A stretch of DNA of 63,605 nt, filler included, from Octopus bimaculoides (lineage: Eukaryota), in assembly GCF_001194135.2 (NCBI RefSeq). It is 5 parts of 5 records of this genome, joined end to end, with 100 filler letters (N's around TTAATTAATTAA, not from the genome) between each part and the next. Parts side by side here need not be neighbours in the genome. Positions count along the whole stretch, not along the records: positions 38,689 to 51,901 come from NC_068991.1; positions 52,002 to 58,427 come from NC_068982.1; positions 58,528 to 63,605 come from NC_069002.1; 2 more parts are not named here. One strand, given 5' to 3'. The translations under genes and the position numbers were made by a program. Positions 48,115 through 60,381 of this stretch are shown one piece after another. The notes beneath the pieces are model-generated. The model was not told the DNA's origin. It worked only from the letters and a program-made list of their open reading frames with translations, and made no database searches. Numbering within the stretch: position 1 is the first letter of the stretch; each line of letters opens with the position of its first letter.

Positions 48115-48661
48115 TATTAAAAATATTAAAATTCATATAACANNNNNNNNNNNNNNNNNNNNNNNNNNNNNNNNNNNNNNNNNNNNNNNNNNNNNNNNNN
48201 NNNNNNNNNNNNNNNNNNNNNNNNNNNNNNNNNNNNNNNNNNNNNNNNNNNNNNNNNNNNNNNNNNNNNNNNNNNNNNNNNNNNNNNNNNNNNNNNNNNN
48301 NNNNNNNNNNNNNNNNNNNNNNNNNNNNNNNNNNNNNNNNNNNNNNNNNNNNNNNNNNNNNNNNNNNNNNNNNNNNNNNNNNNNNNNNNNNNNNNNNNNN
48401 NNNNNNNNNNNNNNNNNNNNNNNNNNNNNNNNNNNNNNNNNNNNNNNNNNNNNNNNNNNNNNNNNNNNNNNNNNNNNNNNNNNNNNNNNNNNNNNNNNNN
48501 NNNNNNNNNNNNNNNNNNNNNNNNNNNNNNNNNNNNNNNNNNNNNNNNNNNNNNNNNNNNNNNNNNNNNNNNNNNNNNNNNNNNNNNNNNNNNNNNNNNN
48601 NNNNNNNNNNNNNNNNNNNNNNNNNNNNNNNNNNNNNNNNNNNNNNNNNNNNNNNNNNNNN

Positions 48662-48892
48662 NTGTATGTGTGTGTGTATGTTTGTGTGTCTGTGTTTGTC
48701 CCCCCAATATCGCTTGACAACCGATGGTGGTGTGTTTACGTCTCCGTAACTTAGCGGTTCGGCAAAAGAGACCGATACAATAAGTACTAGGCTTCCCAAG
48801 AATAATTCCTGGGGTCGATTAGCTTGACTAAAGGCAGTGCTCCAGCATGGCCGCAGTCAAATGACTGAAACAAATAAAAGAGTAAAGAGTAT
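48662..48892 (+). mobile_element. SINE family C 3' half
   Basis: (TG)n-TTTGTCCCCCC..CGCTTGACAACCGATG...CAGCATGGCCGCAGTCAAATGACTGAAACAAATAAAAGAGTAAAGAGT. Confidence 0.9.
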
Positions 48893-49395
48893 CAGTTTAT
48901 AGTAGGGCTTTTCCCGAATAAATCATTTGCAAACCCAGAAAGATTTTGAAATTTAGAGGCTTTGTTTTACAATTTCATAATTAATTACCAACGGTTTAAT
49001 TTCTTTCCATATACAGATTTCCCTAAAGTGGTTATTTACGACAAACATCAAGTTTTTCATCACGTTTGACGACCTACTTTTAACGTAACTTCGAAGTAAC
49101 TGTCAACTTTTAAAAACATGAATATTTAACTTTGCTTCACAAACTGAGTTCTATAAAAAGTTAATGATGTTTTTTCGTTGTGTTTATGTAACTGTGCGAA
49201 TGTGTGTGTGTATGTATGCGCGTGCGCGCGCGTTCTATTGTGTGTGTGTGGTAGGTTGGTTGTGTTTGTGTGTGTATGTGCGTGGACGACTTGTTGATTT
49301 ATCTATTTATTGATCGATCGATCGATCTGGTAAATCATTCAAACTCTTTATCCTTTATCTTTCTTCTTCTTCTTCTTATCTTTTAATCTATTTAA

Positions 49396-50035
49396 ATCAC
49401 CACCACCGCCATTCAAACCACCATCACTTTCCTACTAATACCACCACCATCANNNNNNNNNNNNNNNNNNNNNNNNNNNNNNNNNNNNNNNNNNNNNNNN
49501 NNNNNNNNNNNNNNNNNNNNNNNNNNNNNNNNNNNNNNNNNNNNNNNNNNNNNNNNNNNNNNNNNNNNNNNNNNNNNNNNNNNNNNNNNNNNNNNNNNNN
49601 NNNNNNNNNNNNNNNNNNNNNNNNNNNNNNNNNNNNNNNNNNTCACCGCCATTCCCACCACCACCACCACCACCATTCCCTCCACCATCACCGCCATTCC
49701 CACCACCACCGCCATTCAAACCACCATCACTTTCCTACTAATACCACCACCATCACCTCTTACTAACACCACCACCACCATCACCTCTTACTAACACCAC
49801 CACCACCACCACCACTACTACCACTACAATTATCTTTAAATCCAACTAAAAGTGCTGCCACCAATACCAACATCAACAAGTACGACAACACTTGCACCAT
49901 AAACACCATCACCACCGACAACAACACTAACATCAACACCGCTACTTTCTTCACATCCCACAACCATCATTACTACAACCTGTACTGTAACCAATGCCTT
50001 CACCTCCAGCAATGACAACATCAACATGACCAGCA
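49396..50035. repeat. (CCA/CAC)n degenerate tract
   Basis: Direct reading. Confidence 0.85.
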
Positions 50036-50039
50036 TGAT

Positions 50040-50446
50040 GTTTCCATTCGCTCGGGAGGTCGACGGTCGCCCTCAATGATGTTGGCTTTCAAGCGACAAG
50101 TGGCCATTCCTAAAATGTGAAAATCCCTTGTAAACTTGTGTTTTGCTCATGACAGCGCTCTTGTAAACTGTTTGAAGCATAACAACTATTTCGGTCGCCG
50201 TTTTCTCCAGCAGACAACAGAATTTCCCGGTAGCACCTGTTCCTTCGTTTGAACCATCGCAAAAGTCGACGAACAGAGGAGTGCAAAACAAAGACGCACC
50301 GCATGGCAGTACAATCTAAGCCGAAGACGCCGGTCGGCATAATGTTGCCTGAGGGTCGCATCAAGTGGCTTCTAGCGGTGGAATCCTGAACTGCAACGGG
50401 CTTGTCATACAGAGGACGTTTCCGGTTACATTTCGGTATTCCCTCG
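50040..50446 (-). mobile_element. Mariner 5' fragment
   Basis: The end reads TA-CGAGGGAATACCGAAATG on minus. KFCCLLEKTATEIVVMLQTVYKSAVMSKTQVYKGFSHFRNG...GRPSTS is the mariner N-terminal HTH region. Confidence 0.75.
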
Positions 50447-50515
50447 TATAATGGCTGCTAAAAATAGTGGATGTGAAGGTGTAATTTGAGTGGGTCTTGA
50501 GAGGGAAAAGAGAAA

Positions 50516-50562
50516 TTGATGGTGCATAAGATGATGATGATGCTGAAGAAGAAGAAGAAGAA

Positions 50563-50603
<41 letters not shown>

Positions 50604-51901
50604 CGACGACGACGATGATGGTGATGATGATGATGATGATGAAGATGATGATGATGATGATGATGATGAAGAAGNNNNNNNNNNNNNNNNNNNNNNNNNN
50701 NNNNNNNNNNNNNNNNNNNNNNNNNNNNNNNNNNNNNNNNNNNNNNNNNNNNNNNNNNNNNNNNNNNNNNNNNNNNNNNNNNNNNNNNNNNNNNNNNNNN
50801 NNNNNNNNNNNNNNNNNNNNNNNNNNNNNNNNNNNNNNNNNNNNNNNNNNNNNNNNNNNNNNNNNNNNNNNNNNNNNNNNNNNNNNNNNNNNNNNNNNNN
50901 NNNNNNNNNNNNNNNNNNNNNNNNNNNNNNNNNNNNNNNNNNNNNNNNNNNNNNNNNNNNNNNNNNNNNNNNNNNNNNNNNNNNNNNNNNNNNNNNNNNN
51001 NNNNNNNNNNNNNNNNNNNNNNNNNNNNNNNNNNNNNNNNNNNNNNNNNNNNNNNNNNNNNNNNNNNNNNNNNNNNNNNNNNNNNNNNNNNNNNNNNNNN
51101 NNNNNNNNNNNNNNNNNNNNNNNNNNNNNNNNNNNNNNNNNNNNNNNNNNNNNNNNNNNNNNNNNNNNNNNNNNNNNNNNNNNNNNNNNNNNNNNNNNNN
51201 NNNNNNNNNNNNNNNNNNNNNNNNNNNNNNNNNNNNNNNNNNNNNNNNNNNNNNNNNNNNNNNNNNNNNNNNNNNNNNNNNNNNNNNNNNNNNNNNNNNN
51301 NNNNNNNNNNNNNNNNNNNNNNNNNNNNNNNNNNNNNNNNNNNNNNNNNNNNNNNNNNNNNNNNNNNNNNNNNNNNNNNNNNNNNNNNNNNNNNNNNNNN
51401 NNNNNNNNNNNNNNNNNNNNNNNNNNNNNNNNNNNNNNNNNNNNNNGGAGGAGGAGGGGAGAAGGAGGGGTAGGAGGAGGAGGAGTGGTAAAGGGAGAGA
51501 GAACTACAAGAAGAGGATGATGAGCATGGCGATGATGATGACGATGATAATGATGAGGAGGAGGAGAGGGAGAGGTGGGGCGGAGGAAGAACTACAAATA
51601 GAATAAGACGACGATGACGACAATAATGATGATGATGATAAGGATGAGGAAGTGAAGAGGAGCGAAGAGGATAAGAATGTTATTCTCACTACACTTGACA
51701 GCATCATCAGCACCACCAACACCACCATTACCAACTCCACCACGAACATTTTCCCCACCCTCATCATCATCATCGTCATCAGAATCATCATCATCATCAT
51801 CATCATTATCATTGTCGTCGTCGTCGTCAATTTGATTATCTCTACCACCAGTAACACCACCACCACCACCGCCACCACTACCACCACCGCCACCACCACC
51901 A
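50516..51901. repeat. (GAT)/(GAA)/(GAG)/(CAT)/(CAC) trinucleotide field
   Basis: Direct reading. Large gap. Confidence 0.9.
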
Positions 51902-53126
51902 NNNNNNNNNNNNNNNNNNNNNNNNNNNNNNNNNNNNNNNNNNNNTTAATTAATTAANNNNNNNNNNNNNNNNNNNNNNNNNNNNNNNNNNNNNNNNNNN
52001 NAGCCCGGCGTTCTAACGTATCTGCCGGCTCACCGCCTTAATAATAATGCAGGCTTGGCTGGGTGGAGGTGCTGGTCTCCCCCTCGTAAACACAAGGACA
52101 CACGAAATGTGTCAAGGCCGACAGGAAGCGGTCCAGCTTCCTAGGGCTAAATAGCAGTAGTATGATTCCCTTATTGGGACTGTCACGTTAAGTTGACAGT
52201 ATGCAACTACTTTTACTGTTATCTCCCTTGAAACGAAAACCGACGTGTCGAGCAATACTTTGAATCTCGACAGAGTCATCCTGATATCTGCTCCGATAAT
52301 TTGATTGAATCAAATGTTTTCCCACTGTTACAATTCCGCTAAAGCCAGTCATTGAACTAGAAGAAATCGTTTTATAACATACAATTTATTCAAAAGACAA
52401 TATACTCTTTGTTAACACGAAAATTTTGGTAGAGCTACACAAATAAATAGTTATGGCCCCTGAATTATTAGAAAAGATCATTATGAATTACTTCCCTTAG
52501 ACCTTGTTCTGTTCTGCTTGGGAAATTATACGTTTGATATTCTACTCTATGTAAGTTTGGAGAACTGGAAGATAGTTTGACTAGCCAACGCTCTGTGATA
52601 CTTTTGTTTCGGGTGGTATTTAGTATTTTAGTATTGTGAATTGTAAGTAATGTTAATCAAAACTTTTACTAATTTATCGGTTTATTGTTGTTAAAGCGAT
52701 CTTGTAATTCTTCATGCGATATTTTTGATTAGTATGATAGATGAGACTATTACATTCAACTAATTTATACGAGCTAACACAAGGATGCACGAGGATCACA
52801 TCAACAAGTCACCTTTCTATGTTGTTTTAAGGCTTGCATAGGAAATTAATGTCTGAATCAGTAACGCGGCTTCTACCTTGAATAAACTCACCAACAAATC
52901 CTGGAAAAAGAAAAGCTTTACATGGAACACCTAATTGAAGGTTTGCATTATTTAGAAAGTATGCTTGTTTTGTATGTAGGATGCAGTCATTGCGATATCT
53001 CCTTTAAGTATGATACAAAAATTACTCTTAAGCAAATACTGTTTCTGTCACACACACACATGTACGAACAGGCGCACCCAGGCACACACACATTAAATGT
53101 TTGCTTTTATGTTCATTTACGATATA

Positions 53127-53298
53127 GGCGTAAGGAGCGGCTGTGTGGTAAGTAGCTTGCTTACCAGCCACATGGTTCCAGGTTCAATCCCACTGCGTGG
53201 CACCTTGGGCAAGTGTTTTCTACTATAGCCTCGGGTCAACCAAAGCCTTGTGAGTGGATTTGGTAGACGGAAACTGAAAGAAGCCCGTCGTATATATG
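53127..53298 (+). mobile_element. SINE family C 5' half
   Basis: GGCGTAAGGAGCGGCTGTGTGGTAAG...CCTTGGGCAAGTG...GAAGCCCGTCGTATATATG. The 3' half is absent. Confidence 0.88.
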
Positions 53299-53399
53299 TT
53301 ATTGTTATTATTGTTACTGGATTATCGAAACAATTATGAGAATGAAAACAAGGGATAAGCCCGCTTTCGCGGGAATTACCAGGCATCTCACCTGGTATA

Positions 53400-53579
53400 T
53401 ATATATCTTTTTGGAACTCTACTTCACTCTCGTTGATCATCTCTACGCACTTTTCCACTGCAAAATCCACGTCGATAGATGGGTATAGTGATACCACATC
53501 CATGCTACTCACTATACACCCTTTCAGGCTGCAAGTGTTGTTACAGTCGTTGATCCTGCTGAGGAGATCTTCCGTGCTG
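53400..53579 (-). mobile_element. Penelope-like RT fragment
   Basis: STEDLLSRINDCNNTCSLKGCIVSSMDVVSLYPSIDVDFAVEKCVEMI carries the RT motif SxDVxSLYPSI. Confidence 0.65.
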
Positions 53580-54245
53580 NNNNNNNNNNNNNNNNNNNNN
53601 NNNNNNNNNNNNNNNNNNNNNNNNNNNNNNNNNNNNNNNNNNNNNNNNNNNNNNNNNNNNNNNNNNNNNNNNNNNNNNNGCATTTAGCATGTTGTTTTAG
53701 CTTTCTTGTCCCATCAAAACTAATGTGTCCAAGAAACCACGCGGCCTGACGAGCCACTAATGCAATATGAAATACGTGGAGACCTCTGGTCGTTGAAGCA
53801 CCCAGACTCATGAACGCAGAGTAACTGAGGATTACTGAGTAATGAAGAGGGGCACTGGTGCCAGTTTGATAAGGATGTCGACTGATGTTTGGAAGCAATA
53901 GCCAAGAAGATGTCGATTAAGGCCTGCTGACGATGACTACTATTAGCATCAGTCTAGAAACTGAAATGTTAGAATGTGTGGAGAAGGCAAAAGTGAAATC
54001 TACCCATTAGAGCCAGCAAAATCCATCTACACAAATAGGAATAGACAGCAGTCTAAGGAGGTAAGAGAAAGAGGCTTCTAATGACACTGAGAAGAGCTGA
54101 GTGATAAAGGAGAGAGAGCCATAAAGCCATTTGGGCTTACGAAACGGCTGCTTGGACAGAAGCATAGCGGTCAACTCACTGTTCCGAAGGTGTGATCTGC
54201 ATTCACCTCAGACACGTTCAGTGATAATTCCAGACAGTTTTAGAT

Positions 54246-54331
54246 ACTTCATTCTGGACGACTTCATTCTGGACGACTTCATTCTGGACGACTTCATTCT
54301 GGACGACTTCATTCTGGACGACTTCATTCTG
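54246..54331. repeat. Perfect 15-bp tandem repeat (5.7 copies)
   Basis: (ACTTCATTCTGGACG)x5 plus ACTTCATTCTG. Confidence 0.95.
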
Positions 54332-54721
54332 ACAGAATCTGTAGCTTCCACGATATCAGAGTGACACAAGCTCGAAACGGGAATTATCACTGGATGTATC
54401 ATTTCAGCAACCTTTTCGTACTTGCAATGATCATGTTGTTAAAGTTAGCAGAAGACCAGTGTAGACAACTACAAATTGATGAGTTCAAACTTCATAGTAT
54501 ATGTCATTTTGTTTTTTAACTGATTACAATGTGGTTTCATGCAAATTTGCTTGGAATTTACTAAAAGGGTGACCAACTACACGGTTACAGAACTACTGGA
54601 ATTTGTTCAAACTGAGAATTAATTGTATCGATCTCTCTAGCCAATTTAGGTCATGTAAAATGTAATGCATACATTTCTTCTTTGTCTGATAAGTTCATAA
54701 TAAAATAGAAACCGTTGTTTC

Positions 54722-55540
54722 AATAATTTCATATGGGCCTAAAATGAGTGTAATTTTTAGAAGAGAAAGGTAAAAGAATTGTAGCTGTTGAACATACAGC
54801 TGTCGTCTATGCATTAGTCATGCATGAACTGGTTCACGCACAAGGAAATTATTATGGCAAGATACAATTCCACTCTGAAAATTTGCGACGGCACTAGTAT
54901 AAATTTACTGCTAAAACTGCTGTTCACACCAATAGATATATTGCCGCGAATAAGGCAAGTAGCATCACTAATTTCCCTGGATCATACCACTTCATTTTTC
55001 GCTCGCTAACACACTTCCCGCAGCAGCTACTCATCACAAAATAGAAGTCTGTAACTATACATCATTGACTTCTCGTAATTCTTCATTATATATTCCCACT
55101 TAAGAGAAATAGCAAATGTAATAATTTTATACGGACCTAAATGAGAGTAATTTCTAGTAGTAGTTACTTGCATTCAAGTATCTTAACTTGACCTAAACAA
55201 TACATAACAAAACGATAAAGAATCTAGTAGCTGGATATACATCCTTGTGTATGGTATGCATGAACTGGTACATGCAATAAAGACGGTATTTTATCAAAAT
55301 AAATATCAGTTTCAATAAAGTAACCCTCTCACGTTAATGAAAGAGCTGAAGACGTCACTGGTATAAAGTTACTGCTAAAAAAAGCAGTTCGGGCGAATAG
55401 ATATATTGCCGTGAATAAGGCAAGTTGTATCACTAATTATCCTGGATCGTCATTTTTCTCTCGCCAACACATGTCACGCAGCAGCAACTCTTCACAAATA
55501 TGGAATTCAGTAAGTAAATATTATTAACTTTTCGTAATTC
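54722..55540. repeat. Old tandem duplication of a 400-460 bp unit
   Basis: Anchors CCTAAAATGAG (54738, 55136), GCATGAACTGGT (54822, 55258) and AATAGATATATTGCCG (54931, 55396). Confidence 0.75.
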
Positions 55541-55859
55541 CTCGTTAATGTGTAGTAAACAGATATGAAGAAACACTCAGAACACTCCCGATGTGAATTT
55601 TCCGAGTCGACTCCCCCCCACTCCTGTTCGCCAGCGCGCATTTTTCATATTCGTTTACTACTTGTTGTTTTACATCTATTACACTATTTTTTTTTCATTT
55701 TTTTTTTGCTCGGGTTAAACACTGGAGGTTAACCGAAATATATAATAACACGCACAAACATTAGGCCAAAAGATTTTTGTCACACCCATATTCTCCCTAC
55801 CTGCTCACATACAAATCATTCAAACAACACAAAACATATGCACACACTTAAAAATCAAT

Positions 55860-56041
55860 TTGAGAGGGGGGCCAATCGATTAGATTGATCCCAGTACGCA
55901 ACTGGTACTTAATTTATCGACCCTGAAAGGATGAAAGGCAAAGTCGACCTCGGTGGAATTTGAACTCTGAACGTAAAACAGATGAAATACCGCTAAGCAT
56001 TTCGCCCGGCATGCTAACGTTTCTGCCAGGTTGCCGCCTTA
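55860..56041 (-). mobile_element. SINE family B monomer
   Basis: GGCCAATCGATTAGATTGATCCCAGTACGCAACTGGTACTTAATTTATCGACCCTGAAAGG...CCGCCTT. Confidence 0.88.
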
Positions 56042-56399
56042 ACATATCTTAGCTATTGTAAAAGCAAACTATACAATATTTGTGTTCAAATGAAAGAGCT
56101 CTACGAGAGGAATTTTATGATGAAAACCTTGTGAAAAATTATTAGCTACAAAAAGTGGCGAGACTTCAAGTGATGAAAAAAAATAAATATGGTCATTTTA
56201 ACAAATCAAAATATTCTTGTCATTTTAGGATAATTTGAGTTATAAAAGTCGGTAGCTAATGTTTGGGATCATTTAGTTAAATGGTACAAAGCGTTTCTCA
56301 AGAATTTGTAGGGTATAGGGTTCGACTCTTTTTTAACGGTTTGCTGGCCTAGAAGTATTATTAAGGGTTATGTTATATTTCTCAAGTTACTATCATTTG

Positions 56400-56506
56400 T
56401 ATTATTACATAAATTTATATTAACGCTACTATCATGGATTGTATCATAAGATGATCTAATGATACAATCTATGATAGTAACGTTAATATAAATTTATGTA
56501 ATAATA
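56400..56506. repeat. 107-bp near-perfect AT-rich palindrome
   Basis: 48-bp arms (56400-56447, 56459-56506) with two mismatches and an 11-nt centre AAGATGATCTA. Confidence 0.92.
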
Positions 56507-56519
56507 ATAATAATAATAT

Positions 56520-56726
56520 TCCTTTCTACTATAGGCACAAGGCTTGATATTTGGGTGGGGGGGACTAGTCGATTACATCGACCCCAGAGTTACACTGATA
56601 CTTATTTTACCGACCCCGAAAGGATGAAAAGCAAAGTCGACCTCGGCGGAATTTGAACGTAGCGACGGGCGAAATATCGCTAAGCATTTCGTCCAGCGTG
56701 TTAACGATTCTGTCAACTCACCGCCC

Positions 56727-56728
<2 letters not shown>
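56520..56728 (-). mobile_element. SINE family B monomer within (TAA)n
   Basis: CCTTTCTACTATAGGCACAAGGC...CTCACCGCCCTT, with (TAA)n on both sides. Confidence 0.88.
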
Positions 56729-56794
<66 letters not shown>

Positions 56795-58527
56795 CACAGT
56801 TGCAATTGTAGGGAAAGATCCCTCTGCCTAATATTAAGTCAATGCTGTGCTGAAAATGTTATTTATAAATGTACAATACGGACAGAAAATAATAGTTTTG
56901 TTTATATCAAGTGCTCAGTAAATATATAAAAAAAAATGATTGGATAACCATTTTTCATCCTTTAGACTTAGACATAAAGCTAATAGTACCTCACTGTCTA
57001 CAAAAATCTGGGAAGTTAAAAACAATGGTATCGAATTCAATCGATGTGTTGATAACATGGTCACTACTCTCATTTAACCTTCCTCTGCCACTCTTGCGGT
57101 TTGTTTATAGCTATATTGTTCTTTTTCCTTTTTCTCATTCTGCCAAAAAATTTAGCAGCGGAATCATTGTAAATATTTGCTCTCTATTGATAATATGAAT
57201 ATTTGTAAATATCTAACTTGTCCTTTATGCTTGAAGTCTACCCGGTCATCTGATGAGAACGGTTCTCTTTGTAATGATGTAATGCTTTCATTGATAAATG
57301 AATGGTGTCGTTCGAATCAGCCGTAATGAATTGACACTTATATGTCTTTGTTACTCATTTACATTTTACTCACCTACCCTGGAATCTGCACTTCGGAAGT
57401 ATTTGGAAAGTATCTTTATATAGGGTACATGTCTGAACAAACAAGAGCGGATTTATTCAGAAAGTTGAATCGTGCCATCTGCATACACTGCAAGAATATC
57501 AGGTGGAAAAAATTCTATGTAGAGTTTGATACTCACCTAGTATTGTCTGAGTGGGCAAATAAGTTTGTCCTTACAAGGTATCTCAATTTAAGTTCCTAAT
57601 TCAACTGAATCTAAATTACATTTTATGTATGTATATATGTATATCATATATATATGTATATACATACACATATAGTTCATGTCCAGTTAAATGAAGAAAA
57701 GAAAATGGAGAGTTGAAAGTTAATGATTGTTTATTATTAATAAATTTGTAATCTTCACTTTTTACAACTGTTTCCATTAATATTCAATAATTAAATTACA
57801 AATTTGTGTATTAAATTTGCATTAATATGTTATGAGTATAATTTCATCAGAGAAAATGATAAACCTTAAGATGTTACATGTAGACCTATCGGTTCATACC
57901 AGCAGACTAAATATGATGATTTATTATTTTGATATTATAATGTGCGAGTGGAGGGCTAGCAGATTGATTAGAAGAAAATGATGAATAAAGTAAAATAAAG
58001 GAAAATATAAAATTACATAAAGTAGAAATAGAAATAAATGAAGAAACTTAAAATCAATGAGATAAATGTATAGTGAGTAAAAAGAGTAAAAGTATTCATT
58101 TATAAGATATAAAATAGAATATAAAACATATTTTTTCATACCCATCACACCTATGAATAAAATTAATATAGATCCATTATAGTCAATGGTTCCCATTGGT
58201 TGTGGAAATTTTGAATTAGTATGTACACGTAATAGTGTCCCTGGAAAGGAATATATCTACACTTAACGGGTTTATGAAAATGTGGCAGTGTGTGGAATGT
58301 TGTTATGATAGGGCCAACCATAACCATAGGATGTTTATACGTACATAAGAACATAATTACACCCATACACACATATGTGTACATACACATACATATAATA
58401 TACATGTATATATATATATATATATATNNNNNNNNNNNNNNNNNNNNNNNNNNNNNNNNNNNNNNNNNNNNTTAATTAATTAANNNNNNNNNNNNNNNNN
58501 NNNNNNNNNNNNNNNNNNNNNNNNNNN

Positions 58528-58528
<1 letters not shown>

Positions 58529-58562
<34 letters not shown>

Positions 58563-59110
58563 GAGAGAGAGAGAGAGTGAGAGAGAGAGAGAGATAGAGA
58601 GAGAGAGGACGAAAGAGACAGAGAGGGAGAGAGGGCGAAAAAGTGACAAAGTAAAGGGAGAAAGAGTGGGGAGAAGAGAGAGAAAGGGATAAAGATAGAG
58701 GAAGAAAAGTTGGAGTAGAAGAGATAAAGAGAGAGAGAGAGAAGTGACTGAAAGAGTGAGAAGAGAGAAGTGAGACAGAAGGAAGAAGAATGAGAAGTGA
58801 GTGAGCCAGAGATAGATAGATAGAGAGATAGATAGATAGAGAGATAGATAGATAGAGAGATAGATAGATAGAGAGAGAGATAGAGATAGAGAGAGAGATA
58901 AAATAAGAGAAAGAGAGAGAGAGAAAGATTAAAGAATGAGAATGTGATAGGGAAAAAGAGAGACAAGCAACAAATACAGTGAGAAACGAGAAGAATGAGA
59001 AAGGGAGAGAAAGACAGAGAAAGAGTTTGAGAGTGAAAAGAAGAGAGAAAAAGTGGAGAAAGGAGAGAAAGAGGGAGAGGGAGAGAATAAGAGAAAGAAA
59101 ATGGAAGGAA
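58529..59110. repeat. Polypurine (GA)n / (AGAT)n tract
   Basis: About 580 bp, strongly purine-biased on plus. Confidence 0.9.
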
Positions 59111-59749
59111 TAAAGATTTCTTTAATGTATATATTTTCAAACGTACACAACACACTCATTCACCTACACACGTATAAGTACACAGACACGCACGAACATA
59201 CACAGAAACACACACACAGATATATGCAAAAGCACACACATACCCGTACCCATACGTGGTACGGGGATGTGTTTTGGATTAACATTAAGCTGTTATTTTG
59301 GCCTCTTTACACGAGTATCGTCTTTTAAAGCGATTTTCGTTTTGTTTTCTTCCACTTCTTCCTTTTACCATTTCAAACGTGATTCCTTATTTTCATAACA
59401 CCATTCTTCTATTCTTTTAGCATCATACACTTATTTTGTCAACATAATTTCGCGCTTATTATAGATTTACCATTTTTTTTCCGCTTTGCTTTCTTTCTTT
59501 TTTTTCTTCACAATTTTTTTTTTTGCCTTTTTTTCATTTTTGGGAGCCCAATCTTCCCTTTTTCTTCTCTGTTTTTACAGTACACGGACGCACACACACA
59601 TGTACACACGCGTACACACTCACACACGCATACACAAACACATTTGTGCACATACATACATACAAACGTACGCTGGAAGTGTATGTCTTCATATATATAT
59701 ATATATATATATCAAAGCAAATCATTTAGACTTTATCCGACTGTGTTTG

Positions 59750-59782
<33 letters not shown>

Positions 59783-60230
59783 TGTGTGTGCGGGTGTGAG
59801 TGCGAGAGTATACACACGTCTATACCTACATACATACCTCTCTCTCGCACACACACACATACACACACACATGTACGCATGTATATGTGGAAATATAATA
59901 ATTGTTACTTTTATGTTGTTTATCGCCGGCAGCAAAAGAGGTACAACAAGTTTTGGCGAGCAACATAATTAATTGTAAATACATACATTAATAATTGTAA
60001 ATGAAATCCCATCTCTTTTTTACATCAAGGAAATAATTACGAATAAATTAACTGCTAAAATATTCAACTTTAAAGTCATATTGTAGATATTATAAACACT
60101 AGTTTGAAAAAAGAAAATAATAAAATAAAAAAGTAAACGGTCCTATTGGCGGGCTTCGAACAACACATCTATAGCTTACTGGATGACTCTATTACCAACG
60201 GCAAAACACCTGTTAATAGATCCAGTCTTG

Positions 60231-60381
60231 AAGGCGGTGAGCTGGCAGAATCGTTAGCACGCCGGGCGAAGTGCTTAGCGGTATTTCGTCTGCCGTTACG
60301 TTCTGAGTTCAAATTGCGCCGAGGTCGACTTTGCTAAGCATTTCGTCCAGCGTGCTAACGATTCTGCCAGCTCGCCGCCTT
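60231..60381. mobile_element. Head-to-head foldback of SINE family B
   Basis: 60231-60332 is a plus-strand head and 60333-60381 is a minus-strand head, giving 49-bp inverted arms. Confidence 0.88.

Noticed and set aside
53680-54240. Possible LTR RNase H or LINE remnant
   Set aside because: Only isolated tripeptide resemblances, and no frame sustains similarity.
54246-54331. CRISPR-like or repeat-protein interpretation of tandem arrays
   Set aside because: No spacers, no cas genes, eukaryotic context, and no enclosing credible ORF.
57245-57275. CTGATGAGAACGGTTCTC
   Set aside because: No GAAA follows the hairpin.
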